Source: Tubiluchus corallicola
Lineage: Eukaryota > Animalia > Priapulida
Reading direction: 5' to 3'
NCBI GenBank assembly: GCA_030141605.1
Contig: JAQGDQ010001067.1
Span: 1,692-65,691 of the forward strand
DNA: 64,000 bases
Of this stretch, positions 1 to 11,380 are shown one piece after another. The position numbers and the translations under genes were made by a program. The notes under the pieces were generated by a model that did not search any database, had not been told where the DNA came from, and saw only the letters and a program-made list of their open reading frames with translations. Numbering within the stretch: position 1 is the stretch's first letter; every line of letters begins with the position of its first letter.

Positions 1-669
1 CATCACCATTTGTACGTGTTTTATTACCTTATACTACAGTGGCCGCCGCTTATTATGGACAGCCGGTTATTGTGGACAACTCGCGAGGGACGGAATTTTC
101 CCCTAATCAAATCCGCCGGTTAATATGGACAACCGCCGCTTAATATGGACAGCGAACATTCTTGGCACGTGACCAGCCGTGCCAACTGCCAACCACGGCC
201 TGCGCGCGTGATTGAAAAGAGCTTCCCGCTCTGCTGCCTGTGTGAGTCATTGCATCAGTCAGTTCGCCGTTTGCCGTGGCCTTGAGAGCTTCGAAACTGT
301 GATAACTTCCTTCCGTTCAAGGTTGAGAGAAAAGTTTCCTGCCAAACAAACTCGTCTGACTTCTTTTTTTCAATAAAACAGGAGACGAGTTGATACAGAC
401 AGTTTTTTGCCTTTTTTAATGAAGGGGAAGGGTCTTCATGGGTCACTTCGCTTAATATGGACAGCCGCTTAATATGGACATACACTGCTGGCCCGAGGTG
501 TCCACAATAAGCGGCGGCCACTGTAGTATTTTATTATAAATTATTTTGTTGAATTTATTCTGTAACCTGTTGTGTAGTTACTAATATTTTATTATATTAA
601 GTCTATGTTGAGCTTATTCTATATCCTACTGTGTGGTATATGCATAAAATTTAAAAATGATTTCTGTGT
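1..669. repeat. Left arm of a near-perfect inverted duplication (partner ~4314-4983); runs off the window edge
   Basis: Position x matches the reverse complement of 4984-x (1 catcaccatttgtacg vs 4968-4983; ORFs 255-521 and 4463-4729 differ by one residue); similarity ends near 669/4314. Confidence 0.95.
37..523. mobile_element. Non-autonomous Tc1/mariner (pogo/Tigger-like) MITE
   Basis: TIRs CAGTGGCCGCCGCTTATT(A/G)TGGACA at 37 and, inverted, ending at 523; TA on both sides (35-36, 524-525); internal repeats of GCTTAATATGGACA. Confidence 0.9.
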
Positions 670-1872
670 TGAATTATGAGAGTATTGCTTTTTATTCGTT
701 ATTACAGCATGTTGAATGTTGTTGTGTGTCTCATCAAATTTAGAATAATTGTAGTCTGAAGATGGTATTTTAGATGCAAACGTCTGTAAAACATTACAGC
801 CGATACTGATAACATTTTTGTCTTGGATATTGTCACACGTTTCTGGAAGGCTTTCTGTTAAGGTTTCAACGGATATGGTTTCAAGTTTAGAATAATGCAC
901 AGAAGATGAGCACAAATCAGGAGGACATGTGTCAGGACGAGCAAAAGATGGTAATTTAGCCCTACCCGGCTGTAAACAAGGTTCGGAAGCTGAAAAGGTA
1001 GAATCAGACCCAAAAAGAACAGAGTTTACAAGAGCGGTTGCATGCTGACTACGACAGCTAGGAAGATTTTCAATTAACACTTTTGTCCAAGTTAGGTCTG
1101 AAAAATTAAATTTCCAAAGATCGTTACATGGAGCACTATCAGTTTCACCACCAAATATCAGCATACTGCCAGCCACCACACATGCACTGTGCCCTGACAA
1201 AGGACCTGGCCCTGATTTAGAACGAATTCTAGTCCATGACTCATAGACGAAATTCCATTTCCATAAGTCAGACATACGCTGCAAATGTGTAATGCCTCCA
1301 TATATCCACATGCTGTCTGAATACACAACAGCGGAATGATAATGCCGTGGTGGTGGAACTTCTTTCACGCCACTATTTAATTCATGCCAACTACGAGCTT
1401 CAAAATTGTAAGCCCAATGTTCATTATTTGAACCGCTTAAATCTTGATAACCACCGAACACATGCATACTTATTTTATATACCACTACTGTATGACCTCT
1501 TCTGCTAAAAGGTTGTTTTGCTCCTGGATTGCTTGTAGCTAACCTTTCCCAGGAGTTACAAAGTACATCATAGCAAAATAAAGGACAATCATTCACACCA
1601 TAAACACCACCAAAAACATAAATTTTCCCTTTGTATGGTACCAAAGTATGCTCCCATGGTGAAGGAGGGCAGTCACCGTGAGCACCTTTGATTTCTGTCC
1701 ATATGCATGTAGTAGGGTCATACTTCCATAAATCTTTCAAAGCTGCATGCCCATTTCTTCCACCATGTAAATACACACATTTATTGAACATGCAACAAGC
1801 ATGTTTTGATCTAGGTGAAGGCTGTGACTGTTCATGCACAAGTGGTCTTTCCCAAGCATATGTGACATTCAT
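619..1872 (-). CDS. Kelch-repeat (KLHDC-type beta-propeller) protein, single coding exon
   Basis: 417-aa ORF with about six R-x-x-H...(V/L)(F/Y)GG...W kelch repeats (SPRSKH..LHGG, IYVFGG, MHVFGG, MWIYGG, MLIFGG) and a low-complexity tail; splice acceptor (T-tract, CAG) at 1931-1945, ~60 nt upstream of the ATG, implies a 5'UTR intron. Confidence 0.85.
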   Translation of the reverse strand: MNVTYAWERPLVHEQSQPSPRSKHACCMFNKCVYLHGGRNGHAALKDLWKYDPTTCIWTEIKGAHGDCPPSPWEHTLVPYKGKIYVFGGVYGVNDCPLFCYDVLCNSWERLATSNPGAKQPFSRRGHTVVVYKISMHVFGGYQDLSGSNNEHWAYNFEARSWHELNSGVKEVPPPRHYHSAVVYSDSMWIYGGITHLQRMSDLWKWNFVYESWTRIRSKSGPGPLSGHSACVVAGSMLIFGGETDSAPCNDLWKFNFSDLTWTKVLIENLPSCRSQHATALVNSVLFGSDSTFSASEPCLQPGRAKLPSFARPDTCPPDLCSSSVHYSKLETISVETLTESLPETCDNIQDKNVISIGCNVLQTFASKIPSSDYNYSKFDETHNNIQHAVITNKKQYSHNSTQKSFLNFMHIPHSRI

Positions 1873-1971
1873 GCTTCGTGAACTGTTACAAATCTATGAG
1901 AAACATGTCTTCCAAGTAAAATAAACTTGCCTGCAAAAAAAACAAATGATTTCATTCTCTGTGAGCTGACA

Positions 1972-2443
1972 ATCTCTGTGCAACACAAACACTGCATTTG
2001 CCATTAATAATAAATTACAAAGTTCTCTAAAGTTCTTTAGAATTACACCAATCTACTGCTGCTGCTGCTACTGCTACTAGTACTACCGCCACCGCTGCCG
2101 CCATCACCATCTCTGTGCAACACTTATTAACACAAACACTGCATTTGCCATTAATAATGAATTACAAAGTTCTCTAAAGTTCTTTAGAATTACACCAATC
2201 TACTGCTGCTGCTGCTACTACTACTGCTACTAGTACTACCGCCGCCGCCGCCACCACCACCATCTCTGTGCAACACTTATTAACACAAACACTGCATTTG
2301 TCATTAATAATGAATTACAAAGTTCTCTAAAGTTCTTTAGAATTACACCAATCTACTGCTGCTGCTGCTACTAGTACTACTGCTACTACCACTACTACCA
2401 CTACCACCACCACCACCACCACTACCATTACCACTACCACTAC
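1972..2443. repeat. Three tandem ~140-150 bp units, each ending in a CTG/CTA/CCA trinucleotide tract
   Basis: Unit atctctgtgcaacac...aaagttctctaaagttctttagaattacaccaatctactgctgct repeats at ~1972, ~2108 and ~2261. Confidence 0.9.
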
Positions 2444-2500
2444 ATGAAAACTTTTCCATCTTGTGCATTACATGATTAAACATGTGTTTTATCACGATCA

Positions 2501-2550
<50 letters not shown>

Positions 2551-2619
2551 CTATTGACTGATTAAGATACAGTCGAACATGATATTTTGGTTCAGTCCAT
2601 AGTTCACTACAAAAAAGGA

Positions 2620-4310
2620 GTTTTGATCATATAACATGATCATTACTGCCCAAAACTAGCTAAAGAATTATTTAAAAATTCTCACTACACACTTACGATC
2701 ACATAACATGATCATTACTGTCCAAAAATAGCTCAATGGTTATTTACAAATTTACGATAAACACTTTTGATCACATAACATGATCATTACTGTCCAAAAA
2801 TCGCTAAAGAGTTATTTATAAATTCACAATATGACATTGGGCTTCCATTGAAAAATTCATGCAGATCGTTGAAGTTCAGTTCAGTGTTATCTTCACGACA
2901 GTGATTCGTAAGTGGACAAAAACAGATAACATGCTCTTCTGTTTGAATGTTTAAGCCAGGACAGGAGCATAGCCTGTCTTCTCTTTTTATCCTTGCCCAT
3001 CTTCCAGTCTCAATAGCTAGGTTATGTGAGGAGAGGCGTAACTGAGATGTTTTAATCCTATGGAGCACATTTACTTTAACACTATACATTGCACTGACAG
3101 AAAGTTTGGGATTCAGATAGAGATAGGTGCACAGTTTAGTTCTTTCGGAATCCCTGATACGTTGTTTTGTGTTCTCGAAGTCGTCAGAGGTAATATCCAT
3201 TTTACGTATTGTATACATATTGTACACATGGTGTATTCGCTTCCGAGCACAAATTCCACACGATTGAAAATGGACCAGGGCTCATTGGCTCTCGATTCGA
3301 TTATCCGTTTAAAGAACTTTGATTGAACGTTTTGAACGTACACTTTGGCAGAAGGTAATCCTAGCTCGACTAAACATAAGTCATTAGCGGTTGTCTTCCT
3401 GACGCCAGGTAAGCTTTTCTTCACAATGTTTTTCCAGTGAGGGCTGTAACTTTCCTGAAGCACTGAACACAGATCCGAGATAAACGTAATACTCACATAT
3501 CCTAATTACTACGTTCTCGCGGGTGATAACTCTTTTATCTCTTTCGTTACCGTTAATAACCATAAATTTGGTTTTAGATTCGTTAATTACCATTCCTGAC
3601 TCACGACAAAATTCTTCAAGGATGCCTATCTTTTCCAGAAGTCCTTCTCTGGTTGTCGATAGGATAACTGTATCATCCATCAATAACAAACAGTGAAGCA
3701 TCCCTAGAAAACCATCTGGTCTGCACTTTTCCTTGAGGTTTCTTATAAGTTTATTAACGTAGAGTGTGAACAGAAAACACGAGGAAGGGGATCCTTGCTT
3801 AACACCTAAGGTTACACTTATTATAGCAGCTCCTAATACTAATTGTGTATTACTGTTCAAGGCAGCAATTGCACAAAGCATAATGATACCACATCCAAGA
3901 GCTTTAAGCGAGACTATGAGACCGTGCCTGGGGACATGCCTTGGAAAAGTCAACGAACAGCACAGACAGTTTAACTTTCCGAAATAAGGCATAGTCCATC
4001 AGGAATCTGAGTAACGATCCATTCAGTGCAACTTCGACCTTTCTGAGCACCTGCCTGTTCCCTGGCGGGTGAAAACCACATATTAAGGCGTCTACACAGG
4101 ATCCTATCATAAACCTTGGCAATTGAGTCCATTATAGAAATTCCTTTAATTATCACAAGACATTCGACTACCTTTCTTGAAAATAGTCACAAGTCTGTTT
4201 AAGCACAATGAACGTGGGAAAGTTCGACACTCGTACCGTACTACAAAATGGGTTAGAATGTAAAAAATCACCATTTTCCTTTAAGTAAGATGCCACTTGT
4301 CCCCGGTTAG
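2620..4310 (-). mobile_element. 5'-truncated, frameshifted non-LTR retrotransposon (LINE ORF2)
   Basis: RT motifs across frames: TIFKKG...GISIMDSIAKVYD, FVDFSKA, GVKQGSPSS..LF, LLMDD, INESKTKFM; C-terminal LRLSSHNLAIETGRW..RLCSC..EEHVICFC; 72-bp tandem repeats at the 3' end. Confidence 0.9.
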
Positions 4311-4313
4311 ATT

Positions 4314-4983
4314 ACACAGAAAATAATTTTTAAATTTTATGCATATACCACACAGTAGGATATAGAATAAGCTCAACATAGACTTAATATAATAAAATAT
4401 TAGTAACTACACAACAGGTTACAGAATAAATTCAACAAAATAATTTATAATAAAATACTACAGTGGCCGCCGCTTATTGTGGACACGTCGGGCCAGCAGT
4501 GTATGTCCATATTAAGCGGCTGTCCATATTAAGCGAAGTGACCCATGAAGACCCTTCCCCTTCATTAAAAAAGGCAAAAAACTGTCTGTATCAACTCGTC
4601 TCCTGTTTTATTGAAAAAAAGAAGTCAGACGAGTTTGTTTGGCAGGAAACTTTTCTCTCAACCTTGAACGGAAGGAAGTTATCACAGTTTCGAAGCTCTC
4701 AAGGCCACGGCAAACGGCGAACTGACTGATGCAATGACTCACACAGGCAGCAGAGCGGGAAGCTCTTTTCAATCACGCGCGCAGGCCGTGGTTGGCAGTT
4801 GGCACGGCTGGTCACGTGCCAAGAATGTTCGCTGTCCATATTAAGCGGCGGTTGTCCATATTAACCGGCGGATTTGATTAGGGGAAAATTCCGTCCCTCG
4901 CGAGTTGTCCACAATAACCGGCTGTCCATAATAAGCGGCGGCCACTGTAGTATAAGGTAATAAAACACGTACAAATGGTGATG
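4314..4983. repeat. Right arm of the inverted duplication, carrying an antisense copy of the kelch gene 3' end
   Basis: Reverse complement of 1-669, including the last ~16 kelch codons and the stop codon. Confidence 0.95.
4461..4947. mobile_element. Second copy of the pogo/Tigger-like MITE, duplicated together with its flanks
   Basis: Same TIRs and TA target duplications; the flanks also match copy 1, so this is not an independent insertion. Confidence 0.9.
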
Positions 4984-6911
4984 AATTACAAAAAAATGAC
5001 AAGCTTGGCTAATGCGGTGGGGCTATTTAAGCCGCAAATGCTTCTACATCGTACATTTATGTCCATTTACTTAATATCCATTTTAAAAAAATAATATTTT
5101 TTATATATAATCCGTTATCAACGTGTTACGCCAAACGGTAAATCATAAACGTAAACTTTAAATTTTGAACTTGATAAACTGTGCAGCCAATAAATTGATA
5201 CTGTAGTAGTAGTTCCGTTAGCGGAAATTCATAATTCGATAAGTCACATATTCGTCTTCTTTTCAGAGCAATTCAGCGATATGGTGATTTCGAACTATTC
5301 GTAGCGCCCTTTCGCCGTATTGCAGACACTCTTAAGGTGCAGGGTACTCTCTCTCTCTGTAAGCACGGCATATCTTTCATTATCTACCACCAGTCCAGCA
5401 TAATGCTCACTATTTTGATAAAGATATTCCAAAAACAATATTAATTATAATATTGTTAGCTTGAGTCTTCTCATGATTAAATTTTCAAGAATTAGCAGAG
5501 TTGCTCAACTTTATTATCAAGTTCAATTTAATCGTATTCTATTATTATTGTTCATCATTAATTGCTTTACTTCACACGTTTTCATCAGGACAAAAGCTTT
5601 TTTGTTATCCTATCAATCCATAGACAGGATTAGTGTAAAAAAGATACGCAACTTCGCTCAGTATTGTAGTCTGACAGAATACCTGTCGCATATAACCTTT
5701 ACAAACATACGACAAAATTTACACTGACAATCTAATATTCGAATTATAGCTCTTCTAGAATAGTTATTTAAAACCAGTATAATATTACATGGTTTAGCAA
5801 CGTAGTTTAATTTGCGAATGTGATTTGTATTACGACTGCAAAAGTAATTTTCATTTTCACAATCAGGATCAATGGCTTATGTATCACGTATTATACACGT
5901 GGGCTCCAAAGAGCAGCCAAAATGGTGTTACTATATATTTACCATCTCTGCCATTTACCATCTGCACAGTATTACTGCATAAGATGGCGAAAACACAAGC
6001 TTCACCTCCTTGCTTACAATTTCAAAATGAGACCATAACGGTCATGCTGCATGTTCATTGATGGAAGCTAAGCATTGCAAAGTGTTGTTATAAATTGATA
6101 AGTGACCATATACCTTTAGTTTCATAAGCCATACTGCCCCACCTACATTTTTATCCCGAGTGAAGATGTATGCAAAAATATTGCATATACTGCACGTCCC
6201 AAGTTGAATAATTTCAAACATGGTAAATTAACGACGTTCTGACACTGTCACAACCAGTAAGATTACAAAGATGCATTCAGATAGTAACAGCTAAATATTC
6301 CCAAATGCAACCTCTTTGTAATAAAACCATTTATAAGTGCTTTGTAAAACCAAGATGGGTTAAACAAACAATTTCCAATGCTTTGTCAACAATAATTGTA
6401 ACAACCTTTATTAGAAATATACATCAGATTTTGCAAATAAATTAATTACATGTACAGTGGTAAAAACATACAAAGATGCTTTTATTATTAATAAACAAGC
6501 AAATAACAAAAGTTTTAAGTAATTATCCTGTCCAGACCCTTATGCGTTAGTGTCTGAAAAGTCAATTTAGAAAAGCATAAATAAAATGCTGACTTCACAG
6601 TTCACACCCATCACTGCACAGCAATCATGCATCGTTACTTCCCTGAATCTCAAAAAGATTATTAACTTTTACTAGCAAATTAATAAATAAATACGTAAGA
6701 TTTGATCAAATCATATCAAGTTATAAATAAAGAATTTGGTGTCACAATATCTTCTGTAAAGCCGGCAAAACTAAAAGTAAAAATCGGTTTATAAGCCAGA
6801 TGTGGCGTGCTTAATAAGTCTGGTTATGTTCTAAAATTAATAGTTTCGACTTTAAGATACAGTGATGCATAATATAATTAAAGCCATTCAAAAATTTATG
6901 GTGTACTGTAC

Positions 6912-9260
6912 TCACAAAGCCAATTCTGGATGAATCAGCACAGCTGAAAATTTTGTTGGATAATCATTAGCAATTAATTTAACTGATACAAATGAAAATA
7001 TTCTGATTACCTGAGTGAAACAGTTTTCACTTTTGCCAACTTTATCCCACACCAATATTAATTCAGGTTTTCCCATTTGTTTTTTAAATGTCAAATCTTT
7101 AAGAGGGAGTCGTTCACAATAAACTCTTTTCACGACTCCCACTTTAATTACCAGAACATCAAACGAATGATCAAGTACACCCATCACCATTCCTTTTTCT
7201 TCCAGTGGGCCGCAAGTTCTAACAAATATGGCAAAAAACAACTGAGAACTCAATTCAGAAACCTGCTTGGCATTATTCTTTTTATCATTGCAGTGTTCAG
7301 CAAATGTTTGCAATTCATAAGAGTTACGAAGCGTAACGTTTTCACAGTCTATCGCAGCTGCCAGCAGCCTGTGCACAATAATGTCAGGATAACGACGAAT
7401 GGGAGACGTGAAATGCGTGTATAAAGGTACATTAAGAGCATAATGATGGTAAGCCTCTTCGTCTTGTATAACTCCAGCACAAAAATATCTTGCTAGCTCC
7501 ATAGGTTTTGCCAATAATGATGTCAGAACTAGAAAAAGAGCTTCACTGTCACCGCTAGAGCTAAGATGCTGTGCTAAAGAGCTCTGCAGTGAGGCTGAAG
7601 AACTGGCATCAACATCAATACCATGAGAAGCGCACATTTCAATTACAACATCCAACAAACGACCTTTAGGTGGTGGGTGACGACGAAGCAGTGCTTTATC
7701 TGGGTAATGTTCATAAATTTTATGTGCAACAGCCATATTGGCAAGTAAAATGAATTCTTCAACCAATCGATGTGAATCCTTCTGCTTATAAACGCAGTAT
7801 CCATTTGGTAACCCAGTGTCATCATCTAAAGAGAACTGAAGTTTCACTTGGTCTAGTCGTAATGCTCCTTCATCAAAACGCCGCTTCCTTAAATTCACAG
7901 CAATTTTATTCAATGTCAACACACTATTTTTTATTGTTGCTAAACCGTGTGCTCCAAAAATTATAGGAAATTGTTCAAAATTCAGATCTTTCTCTGGGTT
8001 TTCTATCATTTCCTGGGCATGATCGTAAGACATTTTAACACAAGAACATATTATTGTACGACCATACCATTCGTTGATAATCTGACCTTTGCTATTGATG
8101 TGCCATATAACAGAAAATGTAAGTCGGTCTTCACCTGAATTCAAGCTGCAAAGTTGCTCACAAAGTAGCCTGGGCAGCATTGGAATTACCTTCTGGACTA
8201 GATACACACTGGTAGCCCTTTCTAATGCACTGTCATCAAGTGGTGTGTTCTCTCTTACAAAATAACTCACATCAGCAATATGCACACCTATCTCATAAAC
8301 ATCATCCTCAACATAAACACATGATAATGCATCATCTAAATCTCTGGCTGTAGGGGGGTCTATTGTAAATACACAATGATATCTGAGATCCTTGCGGATA
8401 TCATACTCTGTCTGAGGTATTTTCCAAGTGTTTTTTGTAGACATCTGAGGAAGGCAATCTAATACTGCAGAACTGAACTCTTCATAGTTTAAGCCATATT
8501 CAGCGAGAAAGCCTTCTGTTTCAGGTTCAATCTCACCCGCCTCACCTAAGCTTCGATGAAGCTTTCCTTTTGCCATTTTACTTGTCTCTGGCCAATCAGT
8601 TATTCTGGCAATAAACAAAGTACTTGCATAATCGGTTGGACGTCTAGAGAAATTTGTCGGACATTCTGACAGTGGAATGAGGATGCGAGGAACGCGAGAA
8701 TCTAGGGGTGAAAACAGAGCAAACGTAGAATTTTTATCTGTGATAGGTTTTATGTGCCCAGCTGCACACCGCGAATGCTTACTCTGAAGTATCGCTACCA
8801 CTTTTGCAGTTTTATGCGAATTTCCCCCATTTTCACATGCGGAGACTGATTCAAAATTTTGCAATTTTTCAAAAGATTTTGCATTTTCACCACCATCTTC
8901 TTTTACATGTTGAAATGACGGCATGGCATTATCAACGCAGCTTTTTTCCTCTGACAGGTTCAATTTAGATTTTTGTTTTAATGCCACAACAACGACATCC
9001 CCATGAAGAGCGCGATTGCGATCTTGCAAACCAATTATGCTAATATCTGTTCCACCATCTGGGTCAGAAATATAGGCTTCTTCATAGTTGCGGGAATTAA
9101 TTCGAAGCATGCCTTGAATTAATTCAGATATTTTAAGGCCATGTGACAGTTGAGATTTGGTTAAGTACTGCTCATAATAACTATTTGACTTTTTACTTGG
9201 ATGTGGCTTGTCATGGCTCTTTTGTTTTATAGTTTTTTCCGGTAATTTCTGTGACGTCAT
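6912..9260 (-). CDS. DIS3L2: DIS3-like exonuclease 2 (RNase II/R family 3'-5' exoribonuclease), intronless CDS
   Basis: 782-aa ORF: cold-shock region (GMLRINSRNYEEAYI, RNRALHGDVVVV), RNB catalytic motif TIDPPTARDLDDAL, YTHFTSPIRRYPD, C-terminal S1-like region, no N-terminal PIN domain; candidate 5'UTR splice acceptor at ~9299. Confidence 0.95.
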   Translation of the reverse strand: MTSQKLPEKTIKQKSHDKPHPSKKSNSYYEQYLTKSQLSHGLKISELIQGMLRINSRNYEEAYISDPDGGTDISIIGLQDRNRALHGDVVVVALKQKSKLNLSEEKSCVDNAMPSFQHVKEDGGENAKSFEKLQNFESVSACENGGNSHKTAKVVAILQSKHSRCAAGHIKPITDKNSTFALFSPLDSRVPRILIPLSECPTNFSRRPTDYASTLFIARITDWPETSKMAKGKLHRSLGEAGEIEPETEGFLAEYGLNYEEFSSAVLDCLPQMSTKNTWKIPQTEYDIRKDLRYHCVFTIDPPTARDLDDALSCVYVEDDVYEIGVHIADVSYFVRENTPLDDSALERATSVYLVQKVIPMLPRLLCEQLCSLNSGEDRLTFSVIWHINSKGQIINEWYGRTIICSCVKMSYDHAQEMIENPEKDLNFEQFPIIFGAHGLATIKNSVLTLNKIAVNLRKRRFDEGALRLDQVKLQFSLDDDTGLPNGYCVYKQKDSHRLVEEFILLANMAVAHKIYEHYPDKALLRRHPPPKGRLLDVVIEMCASHGIDVDASSSASLQSSLAQHLSSSGDSEALFLVLTSLLAKPMELARYFCAGVIQDEEAYHHYALNVPLYTHFTSPIRRYPDIIVHRLLAAAIDCENVTLRNSYELQTFAEHCNDKKNNAKQVSELSSQLFFAIFVRTCGPLEEKGMVMGVLDHSFDVLVIKVGVVKRVYCERLPLKDLTFKKQMGKPELILVWDKVGKSENCFTQVIRIFSFVSVKLIANDYPTKFSAVLIHPELAL

Positions 9261-9859
9261 TATTTACGTGTTTCAGATTATCTAAAATAATTAAGCACCT
9301 ATAAAAAATAATAGAAATTCTTCAACAATAATAGTACAAAACTTTTCTGAAAAACTAAAACTTATGTGGCATCAGAGCAGCTTTTTAGAAATGAGTGAAG
9401 TAATATTGGGCTTTAACAATAAACAAAGATATAAGGCCTTGGCTGCTTATATTATATATGAAGGGATTGAATGAGAGTATTGCAGACTTGCAAAAAAGAA
9501 TACATGTCTAGATATGATAGATAATGTTTCGAGGTCTTAAAGTGCTATAGGTAGTCACACTGTTACATGGACAACTATGCCCACATTATTATTATGGGCT
9601 TTCTAAACAGAGCCTAAGTTTTCAAATTTAAATATACTAAAAATAATACTTCCTATAAAAGTCTCAAAAATTTATTAGAATAAGTACTCTTCTAGAATCA
9701 CTTACAAAAAACCCCAAAAAAACCCTGAAATGCAATAAACTGTATAAAAAAATTGAGGTGAGGCAAAGACAGAATTCATGTTCCAACCATACGATACCAT
9801 ACTGCCACTCTAAAAATACAAGAGTGGTAAACGTTAATCAAGCCATTATTCACTGAAGA

Positions 9860-10290
9860 AGCTTTAGCAATATCAGACAGGAGTAAATTTCACTCTCTGG
9901 TCACTCTTTCCATGAAAAAATATTTTCTGAAGTCTAATCTAGCTCTATGATTATAGATATTAAGAGAATGCCCCCTAATTCTGCCTTCATTTGCCAGTGT
10001 TAACATTTTTTCACTTTTTATGCCACCATACCTATGCATAACTTTATTCATTTGTATCAAGTCTCTTCTATGCCTGATCAACTCTAAGGTTGTAAGTGAG
10101 CATTTTCTAAGCCTCTCTTGGTATGACATTTCCTCGATACCTTTAAGCAGGCTGGTCACTGTCACCCTACGCTGTGAAGTGAATTCCATGCTTATATACA
10201 ATAATATAATATGAGTCTTACTAAGCCTTTGTACATTTTTATTTTTGTCGTAAAGTCTTTGGATACAAACTGTCTCTTTATCATATCATT
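9860..10290 (-). mobile_element. Degraded CR1-type LINE fragment (ORF2 C-terminus)
   Basis: SYQERLRKCSLTTLE..R.RRDLIQM.K...RIRGHSLNIY...RLDFRKYFF.ERV is typical of CR1 ORF2 ends; boundaries approximate. Confidence 0.8.
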
Positions 10291-10646
10291 CTTAATCGAA
10301 TCAGTCCAAAGATCACATTGATAAATTTAAATCCAATTTCAATTTCATTTTATTGCACAAATACAATAGCGTATCATGGCAAAAAATTAAAATAACAAAT
10401 AAAGTTAAAGTACAAGAACAATTTCAAAATATAACAAATACAATTATGCAATGATGCAAAAACATGAGTTTTACAATTTACTTAAATAGGCTACTTAAAT
10501 CTTATGAAATTTATCACCACATTGAATTGAACATACCTTCAAGGCAAAAAAGTTTGGCAGGGCAGTGTACAGTCTTGCTTCTTCTACACAAAATCTTATA
10601 TACGCCCTGTTTGGCGTACACTATAAAACTAAGTAAAAAGCAAATG

Positions 10647-11380
10647 GGAGCTATTACACTTTCGCACCGCCTAGCTTTTTATAGGTTATTACTCGTTTTT
10701 AGGCTCGTAAGTCATCATTCTATTATTCTTACGTCATCAGTGAATGTTTCCGCTAATCTAATTGTAATTTAATGATATATTTAGGTATAATTACCAATAA
10801 TTACGCTGTATTCACAGTTCTACGCCTATACAGGGCGTATCGCCATCTTGTTTGTGTGTAGTCACGTGACGAATTTCGTACTAGTTTATGCATTATCAGG
10901 GCCTAGCTTAAAAGCACGTGACACACTTTCATCTTCACCGCATTTACGAAATAAAGAAAAAACCTTTACTTTTTTTATAATCTAATAGTAATAATACTAC
11001 AGTAATAAATAAAATTAATGATAAATAACTGCAGTGGTCTAAAATGATTTCCCGCGATACGATACAAACTCCCGTAGCTGCAACCCTAATAATCATAAAT
11101 TATGCGAAGAAACTAAAAATACAGGTTAAGGGTCACATACGTCACTGCGCGAGAGCGATTGCGCATTAGTGGTGTAAACACGGTTATTCACTTTGCAGCT
11201 TTTAATGGCGGCGGTGGGTAAGTAATGCATGATTTTAATCCGGGCTTATAAAGCGTACAAAGCAATAATATTATGGGAATATGGTGTATATTACGCCTGT
11301 TGGTCTGCGTTCTGGCCTGCAGGCGTGAAAAGAACCAATAGGCCAGGAAAAGCTAGGCGGTGCGAAAGTGTAATAGCGCC
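10647..11380. mobile_element. Non-autonomous DNA transposon, Merlin-like (734 bp)
   Basis: ~33-bp TIR GG(A/C)GCTATTACACTTTCGCACCGCCTAGCTTTT at both ends; 8-bp flanking direct repeat agcaaatg (10639-46) / ggcaaatg (11381-88). GG termini with an 8-bp TSD fit the Merlin superfamily. Confidence 0.75.

Noticed and set aside
255-521. 88-aa ORF present twice (also 4463-4729)
   Set aside because: Lies entirely inside the MITE, starts at a GTG within the TIR and has no recognisable domain; its duplication is explained by the inverted repeat.
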